Shown piece after piece: positions 1 through 5,958 of a DNA stretch of 25,906 nucleotides. A program made the translations under genes and the position numbers. Location of the stretch: IMG/VR virus record IMGVR_UViG_3300017721_001597, positions 1 to 25,906 of that record, one strand, 5' to 3'. Below the pieces are notes generated by a model. The model was given only the letters and a program-made list of their open reading frames with translations, was not told where the DNA came from and ran no database searches. Positions within the stretch are counted from its first letter, which is position 1. Each line of letters starts with the position of its first letter. This DNA comes from a virus. Lineage: Duplodnaviria > Caudoviricetes.

Positions 1-353
1 GAATTGTCAAAATGCAAAACATCTCTATTTTTACCTTCCTTGTCACCGTAAGTTGCGTGATAAGCAAGTGCTTTAATTCCTTTCTTGACTTGACTAGACT
101 TTGATGTTATATGCAAATAGATTTTGTTAATTGCTTCAATTGTTTCTTTAATAACAATATTATCGATACCTTGGCTTGCAGCTTCAGAATTTTTTAATTC
201 ATTGATCACGGTATCTTTGGCTTTATCAAATACATTTTTTATTTTTTCTTCTAAACTAAGAGGAAGAGGAATATCTTCTTCGTCACCTAACCAGTCTTCT
301 TCATTAATAAAATTTTCCACAATTTCTTTAAGCTGAATTAGCGATAACTTCAT
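1..353 (-). CDS. Hypothetical protein, 3'-truncated by the window edge (not in the supplied ORF track)
   Basis: Manual translation from ATG at 353 is open to the edge: MKLSLIQLKEIVENFINEEDWLGDEEDIPLPLSLEEKIKNVFDKAKD...HATYGDKEGKNRDVLHFDN. AGGAG lies 5 nt upstream of the ATG. Confidence 0.85.
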   Translation of the reverse strand, partial: MKLSLIQLKEIVENFINEEDWLGDEEDIPLPLSLEEKIKNVFDKAKDTVINELKNSEAASQGIDNIVIKETIEAINKIYLHITSKSSQVKKGIKALAYHATYGDKEGKNRDVLHFDN

Positions 354-389
354 TGATACTCCTGCTGCCCTTATATACTATATATAATT

Positions 390-1334
390 TTAGCTGATTA
401 ATATCTTGTCAATGCATTCCATAGCTTGATAAAAGTTATCAAAATGATGAATATTATCATGAACTAAGTGTTCATTGTATGGCTTGCGAGGAACTAAACA
501 TTTAATACCATGCTTTGCGTATTCATTTGCATGCTTGGGTGCATCATCAATTGCAAATTTAATTGCACCTGCGTCGTAATATTTTGACTTGGCACACCAT
601 CTAAACTTTTCAGGTGAAAAGCTTATTGCGTCGCAAGGAATACTTTGCTGGACGATCCAATAATACGTGTCATATAAGCACTGTAGCTCTTCTTCAGGAC
701 GTGCTGTTAACAAATGAATCCAATATCCTTTATGTTTTAACTGCCAAAGAAGTTCTAAGTTATCAGTGTCAATAGTTAAATTAGCGAATCCTTCATCTTC
801 AAGAAACATTTTAAAAACTGTTTCTGAGTTTAACTTAATTTTTGATAATGCTGTTATAAAGTAGTACTCTTTAGAATTAACATTTGGTAAAACTCCAAAT
901 TTCTTATTTAACCAATTAGCAAATCCATCTCTAAAGTTAGCTAATACGTCATCGATATCAACAATTGCAACTGGCTGGGTACCATCCCAAACTGAGCCTT
1001 GCAATTCTAAATGTTTATTAAGATAAACGTCTTTTTTAAGAAATGCTTTTTCAAAATCTGTTGATGTAATACCCCATGTATTTAATGTTGCCATCATATA
1101 ACGAACGACATCAACAGTTTCATATAACACAGTTGAGTGGTTAGCTACCGGTTCCGAATATGAATGATGATTTTTATAGTTTGTCGCATTTACTAATGAA
1201 CTTAATTCTGCATGCGCACATAAAACATTTTCTTGAGTTATCTTTTCTTTTAAAGCTTGTGAGAGTTGATCGCTTCTTCCAACTATTTTTTTGTTATATT
1301 GGTTTTGCATTGTTAACATTTGTTTGAATTTCAA
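390..1334 (-). CDS. Fusion: N-terminal dimeric dUTPase/MazG-like all-alpha domain (degenerate) + C-terminal HAD-family 5'(3')-deoxyribonucleotidase-like domain
   Basis: HAD motifs AIVDIDDVLANF (DxD), LLTAR, PEK, AIDD. The N-terminal ~110 aa align by eye with the 126-aa dUTPase-like ORF (LYETVDVVRY vs LEEVVDALNY; AFLKKD vs AYLKKD). TTG start preceded by GAGG; a nearby downstream ATG is also possible. Confidence 0.8.
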   Translation of the reverse strand: MKFKQMLTMQNQYNKKIVGRSDQLSQALKEKITQENVLCAHAELSSLVNATNYKNHHSYSEPVANHSTVLYETVDVVRYMMATLNTWGITSTDFEKAFLKKDVYLNKHLELQGSVWDGTQPVAIVDIDDVLANFRDGFANWLNKKFGVLPNVNSKEYYFITALSKIKLNSETVFKMFLEDEGFANLTIDTDNLELLWQLKHKGYWIHLLTARPEEELQCLYDTYYWIVQQSIPCDAISFSPEKFRWCAKSKYYDAGAIKFAIDDAPKHANEYAKHGIKCLVPRKPYNEHLVHDNIHHFDNFYQAMECIDKILIS

Positions 1335-1569
1335 GTGTCACCTCTTTATTGTGTGTAAGGTTTATTTCATTGTTAAATATATTAACATAATAATCAAATT
1401 CTTTTGAATTTACATTTGAAAAACAATAATAAGTTTCAGGATTATTCGCAGAAGGATTAAATAATTTAATTTCAAGAGATCCAGAAAATTTACCTGAAAC
1501 ATCGACATGTTTTTTTATAGACTGAGGACATTTCACTACTGTCCCATTAAAAATAATCTTTCCTGTCAT
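1294..1569 (-). CDS. Hypothetical protein (91 aa)
   Basis: Start overlaps the upstream stop (TAATG at 1569) and the ORF fills the gap in a dense operon. No confident family. Confidence 0.65.
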   Translation of the reverse strand: MTGKIIFNGTVVKCPQSIKKHVDVSGKFSGSLEIKLFNPSANNPETYYCFSNVNSKEFDYYVNIFNNEINLTHNKEVTLEIQTNVNNAKPI

Positions 1570-1949
1570 TAGTAACCTTCATTTAAGCGCTCTCTAATTT
1601 TCTTATCCTTTTTTAAGTATGCTTTGAAAAGCTCTTCTTCATTAAAACCTGTTACTATTAGCATTGCAAAGAAATAATTTAAAGCATCCACAACTTCTTC
1701 TAAAAACTCTTCACGATCTAGATCTTCATTAATCTCAGTTTGTCTATGAGGTTTCCAATTTTTAAGATGCTGCAGTGCTTCAAACATTTCTTCGACACCT
1801 TTAAGCGCGAGATCTCTGCAAACTTGCTGAGATGCTTTTTTAGTAATGTCAACAGGGAATTCTGGGTAAGATCCGGGAATCTCCTTTTGCATTTTTTTCA
1901 TAAATGTCAGTCTCAAGTCAAACATTTCTTTAAGTTTGCAGATGTTCAT
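1569..1949 (-). CDS. Dimeric (all-alpha) dUTPase / dCTPase-like nucleoside triphosphate pyrophosphohydrolase
   Basis: Acidic metal-binding motifs VEEMFEA and LEEVVD, WKPHR motif, and C-terminal YLKK..IRERL..GY typical of dimeric dUTPase/T4 gp56-like proteins. GGAG upstream. Confidence 0.8.
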   Translation of the reverse strand: MNICKLKEMFDLRLTFMKKMQKEIPGSYPEFPVDITKKASQQVCRDLALKGVEEMFEALQHLKNWKPHRQTEINEDLDREEFLEEVVDALNYFFAMLIVTGFNEEELFKAYLKKDKKIRERLNEGY

Positions 1950-2177
1950 TTATTGCTCCTGTTGTTTCTCTGATTGTTGTGAAGCTTCCTCTAACATTCT
2001 CCCAATGTTGTTTTCTTGCTTTTCTTCATACTCTTTAGAAAGAAAAAGTTCGCCTTCTTCCGCAACCATCTCAATCATTCTAAAATGATCTACAACGTCA
2101 GTGCCTGTGATAAAGCCTAGTTGTATTAACTTAACCACGTGTGCAATAACACTATCATGCAATTTTACTTTGTCCAT
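1950..2177 (-). CDS. Hypothetical phage protein (75 aa)
   Basis: AGGAG RBS overlapping the upstream stop; abuts the next gene. Confidence 0.8.
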   Translation of the reverse strand: MDKVKLHDSVIAHVVKLIQLGFITGTDVVDHFRMIEMVAEEGELFLSKEYEEKQENNIGRMLEEASQQSEKQQEQ

Positions 2178-2186
2178 AATTTACTC

Positions 2187-2996
2187 CTACTTTTGAATAT
2201 TGGGTACCCAATGTGTTGTCCGTTTATCAGCTGTATGTTCTCTAATGACTGTATTACCATAAAGATCCATTTCTTGATTATACACAGCAAATCTACGATT
2301 GTACAATCCTTCTGTACCATTTGGCTGTCTATAACTTTCAATTGTTGCGCCGCCTAGACTATAAGATAATCTTGCTGTTACTAGTGTACTTGTACCTAAA
2401 CTTGTCCATTCTTGGTCGCTAATATCTTTAGCTAATCTATGAGGAGAAATTCTAGACTCATATAAGATCTCTGCTTTAAGATAATTTCCTACACCAGATA
2501 TTACAGATTGGTTCATAAGACACTCTGCAATTGTCTTATTAGGTTTTCTTAAGCAAGCCTTTCTAATATCACACCACGTAACGTTGTGATCTAAAACATC
2601 AGGCCCTAGTGACTTAAGCTTTTTATCTAGTACACCTTGATCATCAACAAATTTAAGTGTACCAAAATTTCTAATGTCATTATAATACAAAATAGACTCG
2701 TCGTCAAAAAACATCAAAAATCTTGAGTGTTTTGTTTTTATATTTGTCCACATCCCTGTCATACCAAGTGTACTAAAAAGATAATATTCCTTATTAGCGT
2801 CACTCAAAGTAAAATAAATAAATTTACCTTTGCAATCAACTGACTTGACAATAGCAGGTAAGGAAAAACAATTTTCACCAGGTATTTCACCTTTCTTAAG
2901 ATATCTACCTGATAAGGTTGCAAATCCTGTTAGTGTCTTCCCTGTATAATTTGTTAAAAAGTCAGTAGTCGTTCTTACCTCTGGACCTTCTGGCAT
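2187..2996 (-). CDS. mutM: Fpg/Nei-family DNA glycosylase/AP lyase lacking zinc-finger cysteines
   Basis: N-terminal MPEGPEV (catalytic Pro2/Glu3), KGKF, LGMTG, DIRNFG, LGPD, H2TH motif LMNQSVISGVGNYLKAEILY, C-terminal RTTHWVPNIQK with no Cys. AGGAG RBS. Confidence 0.93.
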   Translation of the reverse strand: MPEGPEVRTTTDFLTNYTGKTLTGFATLSGRYLKKGEIPGENCFSLPAIVKSVDCKGKFIYFTLSDANKEYYLFSTLGMTGMWTNIKTKHSRFLMFFDDESILYYNDIRNFGTLKFVDDQGVLDKKLKSLGPDVLDHNVTWCDIRKACLRKPNKTIAECLMNQSVISGVGNYLKAEILYESRISPHRLAKDISDQEWTSLGTSTLVTARLSYSLGGATIESYRQPNGTEGLYNRRFAVYNQEMDLYGNTVIREHTADKRTTHWVPNIQK

Positions 2997-3032
2997 TATT
3001 ACTCCTGTTTAATTTTTAAAGAATTTTTTTAA

Positions 3033-3061
3033 ATTATAGCTACTTTATTATAATTTTACAA
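3033..3061 (-). promoter_or_regulatory. Sigma70-like promoter for the glycosylase/dNTPase operon
   Basis: TTGTAA-N17-TATAAT on the minus strand in the intergenic gap, 36 nt before the start codon. Confidence 0.65.
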
Positions 3062-3103
3062 GATAAATAATTTCATACTTTAAATTTAACAAGTGATGTA
3101 AGA

Positions 3104-3604
3104 CTATCCTCTTCTAGACAATTGACTAATCAGATCCCTAATGTCTTTATCTGACAAAGTTTTAGGTGAAGATGAGTTTGTTACAGGCGTACTAGTTGGT
3201 CTAGACCTAGACTTTGAAGTTACTTTAATTACCGGTTCTTCTTTTGTTTTTGTTTCAAGTAAAGTCGCAGTTGCCCTAACAGTAGGTTTAGTTTTGACCT
3301 TTACAGACTCAGCAGTAACCTTAAGACGCTTTTCAAATTCTCCCTGCACCTTTAAAGGTTCGAAGTATCTGTCGTCAACTAGTACTTCAAGTGACATGTC
3401 ATATACACCTTCTTTTAAAATATGATCTAATGGCGGAAGAGTAACAGTAACCTGCCCACCTGATGATGCACCGCCAAAAGCTAATGACATATCATTTGAT
3501 TCAATCATAAGTCGGCATTTTGCTTGACCGGGACGCGTGCCCTCAATTTGAACTTGGAAAGTAAGTTCATTTTCTTCATCTATCATTAAATTAATTTTTG
3601 ACAT
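3104..3604 (-). CDS. Hypothetical protein, beta-rich N-terminal domain with a low-complexity K/T/S tail; possibly virion-associated
   Basis: 166-aa ORF overlapping the upstream gene; alternating hydrophobic strands (LTFQVQIEG, VTVTLPPL, LEVLVDDRYFEP). Confidence 0.75.
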   Translation of the reverse strand: MSKINLMIDEENELTFQVQIEGTRPGQAKCRLMIESNDMSLAFGGASSGGQVTVTLPPLDHILKEGVYDMSLEVLVDDRYFEPLKVQGEFEKRLKVTAESVKVKTKPTVRATATLLETKTKEEPVIKVTSKSRSRPTSTPVTNSSSPKTLSDKDIRDLISQLSRRG

Positions 3605-3956
3605 ATCTGCTTCCTACAACTTTAACATTTACTTTAATATCTGGACTTCTAATAACCAAGTTTGTGGCCTCAACCTGTATACTCAAGTTCTTGTCTTTAA
3701 ATTTTTTATTAACTTTATTAATTATCGGATCGAACAAGTCTTTTCCATTTATTGCTGACAATTCGGCTAAAATTGTATACTCGTCGTAATAATCGTCAAT
3801 TAATTCATCGTATTTTCTTTTTTTACTTGGGCTACCTAATACACGACCACCTAGACTTTCAATAACCTCTTCAATAAAAGGTATTAAACCTCTGACAATC
3901 ATATTTGAGTGATTTCCAGTCAGGCCTCGTGTAACTAAGTAACCCCCTTGACGCAT
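3591..3956 (-). CDS. Hypothetical protein (121 aa)
   Basis: Starts 1 nt after the upstream stop; short N-terminal internal repeat LVTRGL/MIVRGL. Confidence 0.75.
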   Translation of the reverse strand: MRQGGYLVTRGLTGNHSNMIVRGLIPFIEEVIESLGGRVLGSPSKKRKYDELIDDYYDEYTILAELSAINGKDLFDPIINKVNKKFKDKNLSIQVEATNLVIRSPDIKVNVKVVGSRYVKN

Positions 3957-3957
3957 A

Positions 3958-4407
3958 CTAAGACCGAACTAGTATTCTTTCAAAGATTTCATCAATTGAG
4001 CCTACGCTATCTCGATCTTTGAGATCGTACCTAGCTATCTCTGTATTACCATCATCAGCATAAAAAACCATTTGTTTTGTGTTTTCATCAATCACCCAGT
4101 CACCTGTATGTATATATCTTGCCATTTTTTGATCGATTTTCACTTCTTCAGTTGCGTATACAAAATCTGCGCTACTAGGAACTTTTTCAACTTTCCAAAC
4201 AATCGATCCGCTAAAAAGTGTATTGATATTTAGCTCTGAACCATAGATACCTGATCCAGGAGGCATTTCATAAACATTGCTATGTGTATAATTGGATGCA
4301 TCATACAAGTTACCCAGAGTATCATACAGATCAAAAGAAGTATCTGACAGCTTACTGCCTAATGCTTTGCCAAAGTTTGATGTTTGGATTATTTTTATAG
4401 ATGCCAT
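3958..4407 (-). CDS. Hypothetical protein (149 aa), possibly virion-associated
   Basis: TAATG coupling to the J-domain gene; beta-rich composition; C-terminal QMVFYADDGNTEIARYDL. Confidence 0.75.
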   Translation of the reverse strand: MASIKIIQTSNFGKALGSKLSDTSFDLYDTLGNLYDASNYTHSNVYEMPPGSGIYGSELNINTLFSGSIVWKVEKVPSSADFVYATEEVKIDQKMARYIHTGDWVIDENTKQMVFYADDGNTEIARYDLKDRDSVGSIDEIFERILVRS

Positions 4408-5174
4408 TATCTTCTCTTTCTATTTAGTATACCCTTCTTAGGTCTTTCATTATGCTTGCGTGAATCGTTGACCGGTCTGCTCTTTTTAATAACAGTATCG
4501 ATCTCTTGATCTGTATACTTAAACCCTAGACTATTTAATATTTTTTTAAAATAATTTGCTTTGTCATTTTCTTTTATAAAGTTCCACTGATATCCCAATG
4601 AGGAACGATTTCTCGTTAAGTCAGTCTTTTTTTCTTTGATGCCTTCGTTAACAATAATTATCTTTTCTTCATTTGGTAAAACATCAATATTTAGCTCGTT
4701 TGCTACCATCATAACATTAACTGCTACGTTTTTTTCATAAGCCTCAGTTGCCACCTCAAAGTGTTCAATCATTAAATCCCTAATTGATTCTGGCTTAATG
4801 CTAGATGTTTTATCTGGGTGTGTAATTACAGCAACTTGTCTATACAGTTTCTTAACCCAAGACGGCTGGTTTGATATTTTTGCGTCGACATTGTTGTTCA
4901 ACTCAGGTAGGTTATCTTTTTCTGCAATTTCTGATATATCTTGTTTTTTATTTTCAGGAATATATTCAGAAAGCTCTTTTTCAAACCTATTGATTAAATT
5001 ACTGTTGTTTGTTTTTTTTATTTTTTCGTGAAAAAAAGACAGCCTAAAATTTAAATCTAGGCTTCCTTCATCGCTTACAGCTACTGTTTGCTTAAGTTCA
5101 TTAAACAGGTATCTGTATTCGTTTAACTTACTTTTTAACATCTTTTGGTTTTGAACTTTTTTCGTTACTTCCAC
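4407..5174 (-). CDS. J-domain (DnaJ-like, HPD motif) protein
   Basis: VKKLYRQVAVITHPDK followed by F..ATEAYE matches J-domain helix II-HPD-helix III. Start uncertain (GTG 5174 or ATG 5141). Confidence 0.75.
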   Translation of the reverse strand: MEVTKKVQNQKMLKSKLNEYRYLFNELKQTVAVSDEGSLDLNFRLSFFHEKIKKTNNSNLINRFEKELSEYIPENKKQDISEIAEKDNLPELNNNVDAKISNQPSWVKKLYRQVAVITHPDKTSSIKPESIRDLMIEHFEVATEAYEKNVAVNVMMVANELNIDVLPNEEKIIIVNEGIKEKKTDLTRNRSSLGYQWNFIKENDKANYFKKILNSLGFKYTDQEIDTVIKKSRPVNDSRKHNERPKKGILNRKRR

Positions 5175-5415
5175 TAAGCACTTGCAAAGCGACCCACGCC
5201 CAATTCAAATAAGAAATTTCAATTTTGTTTTGGTCAGAAATCTCTTTTGTTAATATTTTTCTCGATTTTATACTTTTATTATTGAGTCTTCTAACTATTC
5301 TTAAAACAGTTTCATTAGAATTAACTGCGTAGAAAAAAGCGATAGCAATTAAAAAGTAACTTAGTAATACTGATGTTAAAACAGCAGCTAAGAATGTTGT
5401 TAAAGAAAATGTCAT
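5128..5415 (-). CDS. Small membrane protein with an N-terminal hydrophobic segment
   Basis: Uncharged stretch of ~28 residues (FSLTTFLAAVLTSVLLSYFLIAIAFFYAV) followed by a basic region; GGGAG RBS. Confidence 0.75.
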   Translation of the reverse strand: MTFSLTTFLAAVLTSVLLSYFLIAIAFFYAVNSNETVLRIVRRLNNKSIKSRKILTKEISDQNKIEISYLNWAWVALQVLSGSNEKSSKPKDVKK

Positions 5416-5481
5416 AATTTCTCCCTTATATGTTTTTTAAATTAAGTTGTTTTGTAAAATACGTACCATTTCTATATTCAA

Positions 5482-5847
5482 TCAGGTTGACTGGTTTAGT
5501 TCCGACTGGTCTATTGACGTTAGGGTTGTACTTTCCTCTTTTGTTTTTTTTAAATGTTCTTCTTCTTCAAAAACTTTTTGTTCAATTTGATTATACACAT
5601 TTAACAATGATACTTTTAAAGAATTTTCTGTGTTTTCTGATGTTAAATAGTCTCTTAAATTCAAAAGGGTGTTTAGTAAATGTTTTATTTTTTCATCTTG
5701 ATTGGGGAATTCATTTGTAACCACATCAGTAATTGAATTGTCTAAGAAGTTTTTAATTTGGATCAGCTTTTTCTGTCCTTGATTTTCTGTTAATGAAGCA
5801 TTAATTGCTTGTTTAAATTCGTTATTAATTCTTTTGTAGCTTTTCAT
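5482..5847 (-). CDS. Hypothetical helical/coiled-coil protein (121 aa)
   Basis: GAGGAG RBS; lies directly downstream of a terminator and an AT-rich promoter-like stretch. Confidence 0.8.
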   Translation of the reverse strand: MKSYKRINNEFKQAINASLTENQGQKKLIQIKNFLDNSITDVVTNEFPNQDEKIKHLLNTLLNLRDYLTSENTENSLKVSLLNVYNQIEQKVFEEEEHLKKTKEESTTLTSIDQSELNQST

Positions 5848-5903
5848 GATTAAATCTCCTCAATATATTATTAATTATAACTTAATTTTAAATACCGTAA
5901 ATG

Positions 5904-5934
5904 AAAAATGGTGTGGGTGTCACCACCCACACCA
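5904..5934 (-). terminator. Rho-independent terminator of the 807-aa gene
   Basis: Perfect 11-bp stem TGGTGTGGGTG / CACCCACACCA with a GTGA (GNRA) loop followed by TTTTT on the minus strand, 24 nt after the stop. Confidence 0.9.
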
Positions 5935-5958
5935 AGTAAAGACCAATGATCCTTAAAA

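Noticed and set aside
1294-1569. KTSC-domain assignment for the 91-aa ORF
   Set aside because: Only a loose LEI...Y.F.NV resemblance; the characteristic N-terminal SS.I..GY and C-terminal S.G..F motifs are missing.
5128-5415. Holin call for the small membrane protein
   Set aside because: It has a single hydrophobic segment and lies 12 kb from the endolysin; nothing specific supports a holin.
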